In this document: one piece after another, positions 28,463-38,959 of the stretch
Layout of the letters: each line of letters starts with the position of its first letter
Position numbering within the stretch: the first letter of the stretch is position 1
NCBI GenBank assembly: GCA_038153405.1
Contig: JAYOYH010000004.1
Coordinates: 64,001 to 128,000 of the forward strand
DNA from: Gemmatimonadota bacterium
GTDB lineage: Bacteria > Latescibacterota > UBA2968 > UBA8231
Direction: 5' to 3'
DNA: 64,000 nucleotides
Made by a program: the position numbers and the translations under genes
Notes under the pieces: generated by a model
What the model saw: only the letters and a program-made list of their open reading frames with translations
What the model was told of the DNA's origin: nothing
Databases searched by the model: none

Positions 28463-29350
28463 TTATCCCGCATAGCCAACAGAAGCTACGCCGCGGCTCT
28501 GCGGATCAATTTTGACCAACGATCCAGCCAGTGGCTGCTCTGCCAGCGCCTTTTCGTCCAGCTGTTGGACGGCTGAGGTAACGTACAATTCGTCCATATC
28601 TTCGCCGCCAAAAGCACAGGACGTGACGTTGGCAAAGGGCATGGCATACTCGGCCATCAATTTCCCGCTGCGCGGATCGTAGCGCTTGACCGACCAGCCG
28701 CCATACACGGCAATCCACAGCGTGCCGTCCGCGTCGATGGCCATGCCGTCAAAAATGCCCGCGCCTTCGTTTTCGCATACGACGCGCTCGTTGTCGATGG
28801 CCCCCGTTTCCACGTCGTAGTCATAGGCCCGCACGTTGTTGAGCGGCGAGTCGATGTAGTACATGGTGCGGCCATCGGCAGACCAGACGATTCCATTGGA
28901 AACCGACACAGGCGCCAGGCGCCTGTGCACGCTGTGGTCGACGTCCAGACAGTAGAGCGCTCCGGCATCTTTGGCACCTTTGAATTCCATGGTACCAGCC
29001 CACAGCCGACCAACGGGATCGCACTTACCATCGTTGAAGCGATTGGCCGGCACGCCGCGCTCTGGATCGTCGCCAATCGGCGTCAGCTTTCCGCTATCTA
29101 TATCGATATGGGCAAAGCCGTTATGCAAGGCCACCACCAGCCCTCCGCTCTGCCGTGGAACCACGGTACCGACCGCCTGACAGGTATTCAACGTGCGGTT
29201 GATACCGTTGACCGGATCGTATACATAGACTTCGCAACCGAGAATATCAACCCAGTAGAGCACCTTCTTTTTGCTGTCCCACAGGGCGCCCTCTCCGACC
29301 AGAGTGCGATTCTCCACAACCAATTGAACGTCAACACGCTCTACGGCCAT
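28463..29350 (-). CDS. SMP-30/gluconolactonase/LRE family lactonase
   Basis: GEGALWD, RFNDGKCDP.GR.WAG, SNGI.WS, DGMAID, TSCAFGG. Confidence 0.92.
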   Translation of the reverse strand: MAVERVDVQLVVENRTLVGEGALWDSKKKVLYWVDILGCEVYVYDPVNGINRTLNTCQAVGTVVPRQSGGLVVALHNGFAHIDIDSGKLTPIGDDPERGVPANRFNDGKCDPVGRLWAGTMEFKGAKDAGALYCLDVDHSVHRRLAPVSVSNGIVWSADGRTMYYIDSPLNNVRAYDYDVETGAIDNERVVCENEGAGIFDGMAIDADGTLWIAVYGGWSVKRYDPRSGKLMAEYAMPFANVTSCAFGGEDMDELYVTSAVQQLDEKALAEQPLAGSLVKIDPQSRGVASVGYAG

Positions 29351-29386
29351 CGCGCTATCCTCTGCATTTTTTGCGCTATTATCACG

Positions 29387-32059
29387 CTAGTGTATCAACC
29401 TGTCCATTTCGGCCAGCAGCGCCGCGGAGCTAAACGGCTTCATAACCAGAGCATCTACAGTCGCCCCTGATGCGATCGCCGGACTCTTTCCATCGGACAT
29501 TTTCAACCCCAAGATAGGCAGGTGGATATCGTGGTGGCTTACCGCCTCTCGCAGCGCAGACACCCACTGCTCTCCCTTGGATTCACTCATATCCATATCG
29601 ACCAACGCGATATCAAAACCATTCGCACCGTCTTCTATCAAGCTGCTTTCACTGGCGCCCAAGACAACGGCCCAACCGGCTTTCTCCAGCATGCCTCCCA
29701 CCAGCAATTGCTGGAATGAATCGTCTGAAAAAAGCAGGGCGCGTCTACCCGACTGTTCTATCTTCTCTCCTGCTCCAGCGGCGACCGCACGAGTATCGCG
29801 ATCTAATCGAATGCTGAAACTAAACGTGCTGCCCTTTCCTACTTCGCTTTGCACATTCATACTACCACCCATCATTTTCACCAATTCAGCACAAATGCTC
29901 AGCCCTAGGCCCGTGCCGCCGAATCGGCGAGTCGTCGAAGAATCCTCTTGTACAAAGGCGTCAAAAATGGTTTGCAGTTTGTCTTCCGCAATGCCGATGC
30001 CCGTGTCCCGAACCGATACATCAACTGCGATGTGATCGCCGTCGAGGCGACTGCCGATGACCAATTCAACCCAACCAACTTCCGTGAATTTGGCAGCGTT
30101 TCCGAGCAGGTTTATCATGATTTGGCGCAGGCGCACGGGGTCGCCGAGTACATTGGCTTCAGAAACGGCCCTTTTATTGTAACGGAGTTCGACTTTGCCG
30201 CTTGTAAAGCGATTCGACATCAGCTTTACGGTGGAGTCGAACTCTAGGAGCAAGTCAAAACTTGTTTGCTCTAAACTGAGCTTACCCGCCTCAATTTTAG
30301 ATAAATCGAGAATATCATTGAGAATATTCAACAGCTGCTTGCCCGCCATTTGCACGATGTCGAGGGACTCGCGTTGATCAATGCTCAACGATGAGTCGAG
30401 CACCAGCTCCGTCATCCCAAGGATGGCATTCATCGGCGTGCGTATTTCGTGGCTCATATTAGCCAAAAATTCGCTCTTAGCTAGGTTGGCTTCATCGGCG
30501 ACTGCGCGCGCCCTTTGTGCCTCTATTAGCGCTTTCTCCATGTTATTTTCGGCACGATCGCGCCTGGACAGGTCCATCAAGCGCAAGCTGGCCACGGAAA
30601 TCTGACTGCACATCTCTACCATAGTCGCTATCAATGATGTATTACAGCCCAACTCGGAGATCAAACCTACGGCCAGTGATCCCTGCACAAAAGGCACGTC
30701 TATAACCAGCGTGGGGCGGTATTTTTCGCCCAGCCCACCATACTTTTCAGCCTCTATATAGCGCTCCCATACTTCGTTGCGCTTCCAGTGCTTAATTAGC
30801 AGGGGGATTTCGCCCGCTTGTATAGAAACTTCTTTGGTTACGACCTGTCCATTCATGTAGTTATACGACGTTACGCGCTCGGTTTTCTCATCAATCAGGT
30901 TGACACCCCAAGCTTGAAAATCGACACCTATCTGGGCGTATCCATCGCCTATTGCACTAACTACGGATTCGAAGTCTTCAACGCGTTGCATTTGCAGGAT
31001 GGCGTTCTGAATGCGTAGCTTGACCGATTGTACGGTCTCCGCAAGATTATGCAGCATATTCTTTCGAAAGCGGAGCAAATCGAATGTGTTCACCCACTCC
31101 CCTACCTCAGCACCGTTCTCGATTGATAAGTCGCCCACTTGGCTCGGATACAAACTCACCGAACCTTCTCCATACAGGGGAACTTCTAATAAGCAGCATA
31201 CATCTTCTATACCCGCTGTGCGCAGACGCTCTCTCTCGACTAAAACCAGATTCCCAGAGCTCCACGCTTCGCTAATCCAAGGTCGATCGGCCAGCCGATT
31301 GGCATCGTACTCAACTAAGAAATTTTTCGCCACATCTCTTATATCGACGTAATAACCGTCGCGCGTAGCGGGAAAATGCACTTCTATCTTGGCAATACGC
31401 CAACCGAGTCTCTGCATCGCACCGACGAACTCTATATCAATTATTCGCTGTTTTTCGACGTAATCGACCGCATCGAGCATGAGTTTTCTAAGGCGGTTCT
31501 GCTCGCGTTGGGTTTGCAGCGCGCGCGACGTCAGTTTTTGCGCATCAATTAACTCCTGCTGAACCACCAACAGCTCGATATTGTGCATCTCCCGCTCGAC
31601 GAATTTGGCCAACTGGGCGAGGGTTAGGTTATCCTCATCGCTAAACGACCGCGGCTCTGTGTCTATAATGCATAGGGTTCCGACGAGTTGCCCATCGGGG
31701 GCCGCTAGCGGCCGTCCTGCGTAGAAGCGAATATGCGGTTCTCCAACCACCAGTGGATTGTCGGCAAATCGGCTATCTTCTAGCGCATTTTCCACGATAA
31801 ATGTGGAAGGCTGATGAATAGCATGTCCGCAGAAAGAAACATCGCGCGAGGTCGATTTGGCATCCAATCCGTAGCATGCCTTAAACCACTGTCGATCGCT
31901 ATCGACTAGACTGACCAGTGCGATGGGTACGCGAAAGATAGACCCTGCCAATCGAACGATGCTGTCAAAGCGATCTTCCGGTTCCGTATCGAGCAGTTCC
32001 AGTTTTTTCAACGAGTCTATCCGTAACTCTTCGCCAATCGGCAAGTCGGGCTTTAGCAC
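29387..32059 (-). CDS. Hybrid sensor histidine kinase (GAF, GAF-like domains, HisKA, HATPase, divergent REC)
   Basis: FYAGRPL...[26 protein letters not shown]-box; N, G1, F and G2 boxes; C-terminal D..M / KP receiver. Confidence 0.92.
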   Translation of the reverse strand: MLKPDLPIGEELRIDSLKKLELLDTEPEDRFDSIVRLAGSIFRVPIALVSLVDSDRQWFKACYGLDAKSTSRDVSFCGHAIHQPSTFIVENALEDSRFADNPLVVGEPHIRFYAGRPLAAPDGQLVGTLCIIDTEPRSFSDEDNLTLAQLAKFVEREMHNIELLVVQQELIDAQKLTSRALQTQREQNRLRKLMLDAVDYVEKQRIIDIEFVGAMQRLGWRIAKIEVHFPATRDGYYVDIRDVAKNFLVEYDANRLADRPWISEAWSSGNLVLVERERLRTAGIEDVCCLLEVPLYGEGSVSLYPSQVGDLSIENGAEVGEWVNTFDLLRFRKNMLHNLAETVQSVKLRIQNAILQMQRVEDFESVVSAIGDGYAQIGVDFQAWGVNLIDEKTERVTSYNYMNGQVVTKEVSIQAGEIPLLIKHWKRNEVWERYIEAEKYGGLGEKYRPTLVIDVPFVQGSLAVGLISELGCNTSLIATMVEMCSQISVASLRLMDLSRRDRAENNMEKALIEAQRARAVADEANLAKSEFLANMSHEIRTPMNAILGMTELVLDSSLSIDQRESLDIVQMAGKQLLNILNDILDLSKIEAGKLSLEQTSFDLLLEFDSTVKLMSNRFTSGKVELRYNKRAVSEANVLGDPVRLRQIMINLLGNAAKFTEVGWVELVIGSRLDGDHIAVDVSVRDTGIGIAEDKLQTIFDAFVQEDSSTTRRFGGTGLGLSICAELVKMMGGSMNVQSEVGKGSTFSFSIRLDRDTRAVAAGAGEKIEQSGRRALLFSDDSFQQLLVGGMLEKAGWAVVLGASESSLIEDGANGFDIALVDMDMSESKGEQWVSALREAVSHHDIHLPILGLKMSDGKSPAIASGATVDALVMKPFSSAALLAEMDRLIH

Positions 32060-32222
32060 AGCATCGCCTTCCGTTCACTAAACGACAACGCAGGAATGAT
32101 AGTGGCATACGTTTTATGCCACGTATATATGAGAACACGTTCGACAAGATCGGCTATAGACCGACTCTGTCTCTCAGCAATTTTACCACCCATTAGCACC
32201 GTCAATCCCCGGTGCGCATCGC

Positions 32223-33323
32223 CTAATAATCGGCAACCGATCCGTCGCGCAGACGGTTGTCCGGCCATTGAAATCGATTTTGCGGATCGTTGCCCGCGGC
32301 CGTGGCTTTTTCCTCGTCTATGTCCACGCCAATGCCCGGCCCCTCTGGCAGCGATACAAAGCCTTCGTCGTCCATCGTCCACGTCTTGTGGACCACACCA
32401 TCTGCCATCTGATTGTCGTAGCCCTCATGAATCAGAAAGAGCGGTATCGTCGCCGCCACGTGCAGACTGGCCGTCAACCCCAAATAGGACATGGTGCAGT
32501 GCGGGGCGATGGGCACATGATGAGCCTCGCACAGGGCCGCGATCTTGCGCATCTGGCTTATGCCACCCGTGTGACCGACGTCCGGCTGCAGAATATCGAT
32601 TACCTGTGCTTCGAGTAGCTCGCGCACCTCCCATATCGTGCGGTCGCGCTCTCCCGTAGCTAGCGGCACGGACACGCTCTGGCGCACTTTGGCCATCGCC
32701 TCGATGTTGCCCGGTACCCAAGCCTCTTCCAAAAAGAGGAGGTCGTCGGATTTCAGATAGCCAGCAAACTGCTTGACCAACGGCAAGGGCAGCATGCTGT
32801 GTGCATCAAACATAACCGCGCCATCTCGTCCGACCTTTTCGCGCGCAGCGCGCACTCGGCCAACTAAGTCCTCGACCTCGGCAGGCGTGCCGGCGTGGTA
32901 CTGCGAACCGCCAGGGCTGACCTTGATCGCCTTCGGGCTGGGGTACTTCCAGATCTTATCGCGCACGGGACCGCCCAGCAGGCGATATATCGGCACGCCG
33001 TAGAGTTTCCCCGCAATATCCCACAGCGCCATATCAATGCCCGAAATTACGTGCACCATCAAGCCGCCGCCGCGCAGGTTGCGATGGGCGCGGAACAGGC
33101 GCTGCCAGTGATGTTCGATGCGCGTGGGATTCTCTCCGACGATCATTTCTCCGAGCGACTCGGCTAGGGCACAGGCGACGGCCGTATCCATATTGTTGAT
33201 CTCGCCCCAGCCGGTAATGCCCATATTGGTCTGTATCTTTACATAGCCTTTGCGGCCGGCGGGAATGGCGCGCAGCGACTGCACGCGGATTTGCGAACCC
33301 CTGTCGGCAACTGGATCCGTCAT
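32223..33323 (-). CDS. Enolase superfamily galactonate-dehydratase-like enzyme
   Basis: SGIDMALWDIAGK, FDAH, FLEE, ATGER, LQPD, APH, PEGPGIG. Confidence 0.9.
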   Translation of the reverse strand: MTDPVADRGSQIRVQSLRAIPAGRKGYVKIQTNMGITGWGEINNMDTAVACALAESLGEMIVGENPTRIEHHWQRLFRAHRNLRGGGLMVHVISGIDMALWDIAGKLYGVPIYRLLGGPVRDKIWKYPSPKAIKVSPGGSQYHAGTPAEVEDLVGRVRAAREKVGRDGAVMFDAHSMLPLPLVKQFAGYLKSDDLLFLEEAWVPGNIEAMAKVRQSVSVPLATGERDRTIWEVRELLEAQVIDILQPDVGHTGGISQMRKIAALCEAHHVPIAPHCTMSYLGLTASLHVAATIPLFLIHEGYDNQMADGVVHKTWTMDDEGFVSLPEGPGIGVDIDEEKATAAGNDPQNRFQWPDNRLRDGSVADY

Positions 33324-33324
33324 A

Positions 33325-34497
33325 TCAGCGACCCTTGGCCTCTTTTTCTTCGTGAAGCGCGCGCATAATCGGGTGATGACTCATGCCCTGCGCGCGCAGT
33401 TCGGCGTAGCGCTTCTCGTCGACGCCCTCGCGGTTCAAATAGCCGCGTATATCGTAGCGCCCCTTCTGCGTAGGCTCGAGCAGCCCTTCTTCCAACATGA
33501 GCTCTAACGGATAGCCCTTTTCCTGCAGGGGCAGGCGCACCATCTGATTTCTGCGCGCCGATTCGAGTAGCGCCATAAGTATTTCGACCGTGGCGCGCGC
33601 ATTATGGCCTGCACCGCGGTGGCCTTCGCCACCCTCGATCCAAGCGATGAGCTCTTTGGTCTGGCGCGCGTTGGCCATGCCACCAATGGTGTCGATTTTT
33701 TCCGGCGCAACACCCAAGTCTTCCATGCGCCAACCGCCTGTTTCGGCGTTAAAAAGGCGCGTCCACGTCTCCGTCGTCTCCACCATGCCCTCGGTCCCGC
33801 GAAAGACAAAGCGCGCACAGGAGGCATCTTGCATATCCAAATCGCACTGCATAAAGATCTGCGAGCCATCGGCCATATGGATCAACCCCATACAGCCGTC
33901 TTCAATGGGCGTATCGCGTTCAAAGCGCTCGCTCTGGCGCTCGACGGCTCCCATCACCCACTCCGCCTCGGGGTCGCCCATGATAAAGCGCATCCCGTCA
34001 ATGGCGTGCGTCCCACAGTTGAGCAGGCCGGCGGCCACCTTGGCATCGGCGCGCAGCAGTTGACCGATTGCGCCGCCCTGCACCAGTGCTCGTGCCCGTT
34101 CCCAGCCCGGCGTAAAGCGGCGCTGGTGGCTAATGACAAGCTTGGTGCCGCTGCGCTCGCAGGCCTCTACCATTTGGTCGGCCAAGCCCATGCCCACGGC
34201 CATCGGCTTTTCGCATATGACCCCTTTGACGCCGGCATTGGCCGCGGCGATCGTCGGCCCAGGATGCAACAGATGCCAGGTACACACGCTGACGATATCC
34301 GGCTGCGCTGTGCTCAGCATCTCGTCTACCGTGGAAAAGGCCTGGGCAATGCCATACTCGTTTTGAAACTGCGCGCGTGCGACTTCGAGCGGGTCGACTA
34401 CGGCAACGACCTCAACGCCAGCCAGCTGATAGCCGCGCAAGTGACTGTGGGCGATATCACCGCAGCCGACAATAGCCGCTGTATACGTACGAGCCAT
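33325..34497 (-). CDS. Gfo/Idh/MocA family oxidoreductase
   Basis: IVGCG.IA, ICEKPMA, HQRRF, GTHAID. Confidence 0.9.
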   Translation of the reverse strand: MARTYTAAIVGCGDIAHSHLRGYQLAGVEVVAVVDPLEVARAQFQNEYGIAQAFSTVDEMLSTAQPDIVSVCTWHLLHPGPTIAAANAGVKGVICEKPMAVGMGLADQMVEACERSGTKLVISHQRRFTPGWERARALVQGGAIGQLLRADAKVAAGLLNCGTHAIDGMRFIMGDPEAEWVMGAVERQSERFERDTPIEDGCMGLIHMADGSQIFMQCDLDMQDASCARFVFRGTEGMVETTETWTRLFNAETGGWRMEDLGVAPEKIDTIGGMANARQTKELIAWIEGGEGHRGAGHNARATVEILMALLESARRNQMVRLPLQEKGYPLELMLEEGLLEPTQKGRYDIRGYLNREGVDEKRYAELRAQGMSHHPIMRALHEEKEAKGR

Positions 34498-34561
34498 CAA
34501 CAACCTCCCCTATACCGTGTTGGAGAGAGCGGCGAGCACCTTGCCCGCCCCCGATGTCCTT

Positions 34562-35374
34562 CTATTGGCTGCGATCCTGTTTTCCAATAGCCCTGAGAAT
34601 CACCGCCTCGGCCCACTGCGGCCACAGCGCGTAGACAGCGGCCAACAGCTTGAGCTTCCAGGGCATCACCAACTGACGCGGGCGCTCCCGCATTGCGCGG
34701 GCAATCCGCGTGCTGGCTTCTTCTATAGTGATCGACTCACTGCTGTGGCGGCGCGACGTCTGCCCCAGCGCGCGGCCGTCTCCACCAAGTGCGCTCTGGC
34801 GTAGGTTGGTGCCGCGCAGCCAGTGCGGCAACACGACCATTACATCGACGCCAGTACCGCGCAGTTCCAAGCGCAGCACATCGCAAAAACCCTGCACGGC
34901 GTGCTTGGACGCTACGTAGCCACTGTGCAGCGGTACGGGGACCTTTCCCTGCACCGACGACACGGCGACAAAGAGTCCCCGGCTGGCTTTGAGATGGGAC
35001 AGCGACGCGTGTGCACAGTGCACTACGCCCATATAGTTGACGTCCATCAAGCGCCGAAATACATCGGTGTCTTCAACCTGATCAAAGCGCACCCACATGC
35101 TGATACCGGCGTTAGCAACGACAAAATCAATTCCATCCCACGCCCGCTCAGCCGCCTGCATAGCAGCGCGCACGTCGTCTATGCGCGCCACGTCCCCCAC
35201 CTGCACCAGCACGTCGACACCGCGTTTGCGACATTGGGCGGCAACTTCTTCCAAGCGCTCGAGATTGGTAGCAAAGAGCACCAGTTTGGCGCCCTGAGCG
35301 GCTAGCTCCTGCGCCAGCGCTGCGCCCAGACCAGACGAAGCGCCGGTCAGCACGACCCGCTTGTCTTTTAGCAT
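34562..35374 (-). CDS. Short-chain dehydrogenase/reductase, DHRS7/DHRS7B-like
   Basis: TGASSGLG, NAGIS, SSVQGK, catalytic YVASK(HA); overlaps the 3' end of the AGPS-like gene by 7 bp. Confidence 0.9.
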   Translation of the reverse strand: MLKDKRVVLTGASSGLGAALAQELAAQGAKLVLFATNLERLEEVAAQCRKRGVDVLVQVGDVARIDDVRAAMQAAERAWDGIDFVVANAGISMWVRFDQVEDTDVFRRLMDVNYMGVVHCAHASLSHLKASRGLFVAVSSVQGKVPVPLHSGYVASKHAVQGFCDVLRLELRGTGVDVMVVLPHWLRGTNLRQSALGGDGRALGQTSRRHSSESITIEEASTRIARAMRERPRQLVMPWKLKLLAAVYALWPQWAEAVILRAIGKQDRSQ

Positions 35375-37140
35375 AGAGGATCGCCGAATGCGCCGTTGCC
35401 TATCGAAAAAATGTTATTGGGATCCATCGCGCGCTTGGCCTGGCGCAGCACTTCCATGCCATTGGCACTATGCACCTGGGGCAAGAACGCGCGGCGGACC
35501 TTGCCGACGCCGTGGTGATGCGAGAGCGAACCGCCGTGATCGAGCACTATCTGGCGCAGCGCGCTTTCGACGTCGTGGTAGACGTGCTCGGGGTCGTCGA
35601 GACCAGCACTTGAAAATGCCATGGTAAAGTAAATACACACGCCGGTGTGATAGGTCTGAGTGACGCGGAACGAAAGGTAGGGCTTGCCCTTAACGCCGCG
35701 CTGCTGGCACTCGTCCCACAGACACGTGCGAACAGCCGAGGTCACATCTAAAATGCGATCCCACGGAACAGAGGTTTCAAATGTCTCGCCGAGAATGCCA
35801 AATTGGTTGAAGAAGTCGCGTATATAGGCAATGCCAAAGGTCAGCATATAGCCGCGCTGCCCGTTGCTTGCACCGCCGGAGATAGCGCCAAACTTCTTGG
35901 CGGTAGAGAAGATGATCTTTTCTTGGTGCTCCACTTCGCTGGCTGTTCCCTCCATGGCAATGGTGCAAGCAGCTAGCTCATTGGCGTCAAACCCCTTTAC
36001 CTTGAACAGAAAAAAGCGCTGAATGCGCTGCTCGATCTTTTTCAGGCCCACGGCCTCGGGCTTTAGCGCTTGACCGAAGCGAAACTCGTTGTTGTTGACC
36101 AGGCGAATGCTGGCCGGCAGCACGCCCTCACGCTGGCGCAGCTCTTTTAAAAATGCCACGCCCGTGGTGAAATTGGGAAAAACGAGCGAACCGAATTTAC
36201 GCACCTTGGGCAAGGGGTAAATTTTGAGCACGGCCTTGGTTATAATGCCAAAATTGCCCTCGCTGCCAAAGAGCAGACCGCGCGGCTGCACGCCCGTCGA
36301 GTTGCGCGGCGTCGCCCGCAGTGTTTCCACCGCACCCGTCGGCGCAATCAGCGTTGCTTCGAGCACGATGTCCTCTATATTGCCGTACTTGTTTTTCTTC
36401 ATGCCGCTGGCGTTGGTCGATATCCACCCACCCAGCGTCGACAGCTCAACGCTATCGGGGTCGTGTCCCGATGTATAGCCCTGCGATTCCAGTTCGCGCT
36501 CTAAATCGCGCCCGCAAATACCCGCCTCGACGCAGGCCATTAGGTTGTCTCGGTCGAGCGACAGAATCCGGTTCATACGACTCATATCGACCGAGGCGAT
36601 TGGCCGCGTCTCCCCGCTGCGCAGCGACAGTGCACCGCTGACGTTGGTGCCGCCACCGTAGGGCACTAAACAAACGCCGTGAATATTGGCCGCTTCTACA
36701 ATACGCTGTACCTGCTCTTCGCTTTGCGGGTAGAGCACTAAGTCGACAAAGCGTTCTAAAGGGGCGCCATACAACACCCTATACACCTCGTTGACGCTGA
36801 GCTGGCCGTGGCTATGGCGCAGCCGCTCGGCATCGGAGTCAACCATTTGATCCTCCGCGAGCACCGCCCTCAACTGGGCGATAAAGGCGACATTTTGCCG
36901 GGCCGGCGGCAGTGGGTCATGCGCTCGCTCGGGCAACACGTCCTGAGGACGAAAAGACGTGCCGAGCACGTCTTCTGCAAAGGGAATGAAATAGGGCATG
37001 GTATAGCCGCAGATGGGATAGCGATTGCCCGTCACCCGCACGCTGCCCTCGTCGACAAACTCAAAGCGCGTGTCGGTATATCCCCATTTATGAGCGTGAC
37101 GCTCGCCTGCCTCGTACGAATAGCTCCCGTTGCCTCTCAT
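35368..37140 (-). CDS. agpS: Alkyldihydroxyacetonephosphate synthase (AGPS/ADPS)-like FAD enzyme
   Basis: KWGY, GHDPDS.E.STLGGWIST.ASGMKKN.YGNIED, PASIRL, NGQRGY.LT..IAYIRD, RVTQTY..G.CIYF, GGSLSHHHGVGK; these match animal AGPS as remembered. Confidence 0.85.
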   Translation of the reverse strand: MRGNGSYSYEAGERHAHKWGYTDTRFEFVDEGSVRVTGNRYPICGYTMPYFIPFAEDVLGTSFRPQDVLPERAHDPLPPARQNVAFIAQLRAVLAEDQMVDSDAERLRHSHGQLSVNEVYRVLYGAPLERFVDLVLYPQSEEQVQRIVEAANIHGVCLVPYGGGTNVSGALSLRSGETRPIASVDMSRMNRILSLDRDNLMACVEAGICGRDLERELESQGYTSGHDPDSVELSTLGGWISTNASGMKKNKYGNIEDIVLEATLIAPTGAVETLRATPRNSTGVQPRGLLFGSEGNFGIITKAVLKIYPLPKVRKFGSLVFPNFTTGVAFLKELRQREGVLPASIRLVNNNEFRFGQALKPEAVGLKKIEQRIQRFFLFKVKGFDANELAACTIAMEGTASEVEHQEKIIFSTAKKFGAISGGASNGQRGYMLTFGIAYIRDFFNQFGILGETFETSVPWDRILDVTSAVRTCLWDECQQRGVKGKPYLSFRVTQTYHTGVCIYFTMAFSSAGLDDPEHVYHDVESALRQIVLDHGGSLSHHHGVGKVRRAFLPQVHSANGMEVLRQAKRAMDPNNIFSIGNGAFGDPLC

Positions 37141-37174
37141 GAGCTCACTCCGTCCTTCCATCGTTTGACAATGA

Positions 37175-37918
37175 TCAAAATTCAGGCAGTTCAGCCAATT
37201 CGCTACCTGCCATATTGTCGCCCCGACAGTGCCACACGCGGTGCGAAGCATTGCGCTCGGCCAGCACCTTCGAAGTCAAGGCAAAATAGCGCATGGTGTA
37301 GCCGCAGCGACGCATGGCGCTGCGATTGGCCGCCGCGCCGTGGACGATGCGCGCGTCGTGCAGCGAGCATTCGTTGGGCTGCAGTTCAAAGTAAACAGCC
37401 TGCGACTCGTCGAGTTGGTCGGCGATGATCTGCCGTGGAAATGTGTTGTTTTCGCGATCGACTTCTTCGTAATCGGAAAATCCGTTGACCTGCGTGCCGG
37501 GCAACACGCGCATACAGCCATTGTCGCGCGTAGAGGGATCGATAGCCAGCCACACGGTGACGATCTGATCCATTCTATCCATGCGCCCGTTCCAATAGGC
37601 GGAATCCTCGTGCCAGGGCGTGGCGCGCCCAACCATCGGCTCTTTGCAGATAAAGTGGCTACTCCACAGCCCGATGTGAGGACCGATAAACGGCTCGACG
37701 AGGTCGAGCACCTCATCGGCGAGCAGAAACTCAAATAGAGCCGGGCAAGTGAAGTGAGGCACGTCGAGTTGGTCGGCGCGCCGACCGTCCTCTTTAGCGG
37801 CCAGCAGTCCCTCGAAGAGCGCGGTCAAGCGGACAAATTTATCATCGCTAAAGAGCGGGCTATTGTGCAGCCAATAACCATTTTCTTTATAGAATTTGGC
37901 GGCGTTATCCGCGAGCAC
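37175..37918 (-). CDS. PhyH family dioxygenase
   Basis: YKENGY, SSHFICK, PWHEDSAYW, WLAID..T.DNGC, HGAAAN..RR; GTG start with AGGAGG RBS. Confidence 0.9.
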   Translation of the reverse strand: MLADNAAKFYKENGYWLHNSPLFSDDKFVRLTALFEGLLAAKEDGRRADQLDVPHFTCPALFEFLLADEVLDLVEPFIGPHIGLWSSHFICKEPMVGRATPWHEDSAYWNGRMDRMDQIVTVWLAIDPSTRDNGCMRVLPGTQVNGFSDYEEVDRENNTFPRQIIADQLDESQAVYFELQPNECSLHDARIVHGAAANRSAMRRCGYTMRYFALTSKVLAERNASHRVWHCRGDNMAGSELAELPEF

Positions 37919-38002
37919 GTGCGACCTCCTGCGCAGGGTATCAACGGCGCTAACAAGGTACTATGCACACCGTCCACTTGCAAGCTATATGCCGCTCCAC
38001 CA

Positions 38003-38031
38003 TTGGATGCGCACCGACATTGTGCTACCTT
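38003..38031 (+). promoter_or_regulatory. Possible sigma70-type promoter for the RraA-family gene
   Basis: TTGGAT-N17-TACCTT with an extended TG, about 50 nt upstream of ATG 38080. Confidence 0.3.
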
Positions 38032-38079
38032 AAGTCGTCGGTTTAACACCGTGTCCATTCGCGTCGCCGAGGAGAGACC

Positions 38080-38880
38080 ATGGCCAAGAAAATTGTAACG
38101 CCCGATATCAAGCGCCCTTCCAAGAAACTGATTAAAGCGCTCGAGGGCATAAGCGCGGCAACCGCGGCCGGTGAGCTGCGCAAGCTGGGCATTCGCGACC
38201 CGAGCTTTGTCGGCCCCGTGCCGCGCACGCCGGGCAAAAAAGTCATCGGCCCAGCCATCACCCTTCAGTTCATGCCGATTCGCGAAGACGTGTATGCCGT
38301 CGGCGAGTACACCGACCCCGAACTCCAGCTACACCGCCACGCCCTCTACCACACGCAGCCGGGTGACATCGTCTGCGTCGATGCGCGCGGCGATATGCAG
38401 AGCGGCGTGTTCGGCGAAATGATGTTGACTTATTTTGCCGGTGCCGGCGGTGCTGGCATCGTAGTCGACGGCTGTATCCGCGACTTTCCCCAAGTCGTGG
38501 AAGATCTCGACATCGGCCTGTGGATTAAGGGCACGACGCCCAACTTTCACACCCAAACCAACATCTTTCCCTTCGCCGTCAACGTGCCCATTGCCTGCGG
38601 AGGCCGCTTGGTCATACCCGGCGATATCATCATTGCCGACGACGATGGCGCCGTGCTGGTGCCCGCTAAGCTCGCACCGCAGCTCATCGCCGCGGCACAA
38701 GCTCACGCCGAATGGGAGGTGTTCAGCAAAATGCGCCTTGCTCAGGGTGGCCATCTGCGCAAGTACTACCCGCTCAGCGCCGAGGCGCGCGTGGAGTACG
38801 AAGCGTGGAAAAAGGAGCAGGAAGGACCGGCTGAAAATCCCGTTGCAAAAAAGAGGGCAACGCACAAGGCAAAGAAGTAG
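38080..38880 (+). CDS. RraA / HMG aldolase family protein
   Basis: GPAITLQF.P.RED, GVFGEM, GIVVDGCIRD, PGDIIIADDDGA. Confidence 0.85.
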   Translation: MAKKIVTPDIKRPSKKLIKALEGISAATAAGELRKLGIRDPSFVGPVPRTPGKKVIGPAITLQFMPIREDVYAVGEYTDPELQLHRHALYHTQPGDIVCVDARGDMQSGVFGEMMLTYFAGAGGAGIVVDGCIRDFPQVVEDLDIGLWIKGTTPNFHTQTNIFPFAVNVPIACGGRLVIPGDIIIADDDGAVLVPAKLAPQLIAAAQAHAEWEVFSKMRLAQGGHLRKYYPLSAEARVEYEAWKKEQEGPAENPVAKKRATHKAKK

Positions 38881-38902
38881 TCCTCGCTCCAATCGCTTGG
38901 CA

Positions 38903-38936
38903 GGCAGCGGATGCATAACCGCAAGCATCCGCTGCC
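38903..38936. repeat. Perfect 12-bp inverted repeat between co-directional genes (stabilising hairpin or weak terminator)
   Basis: GGCAGCGGATGC-N10-GCATCCGCTGCC, no strong U tract. Confidence 0.55.
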
Positions 38937-38959
38937 GCTGCTTAACCGGATAATGCTCC

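Noticed and set aside
37175..37918. PhyH next to AGPS as evidence of a transplanted peroxisomal pathway
   Set aside because: PhyH paralogs are so frequent in this window that adjacency is expected by chance.
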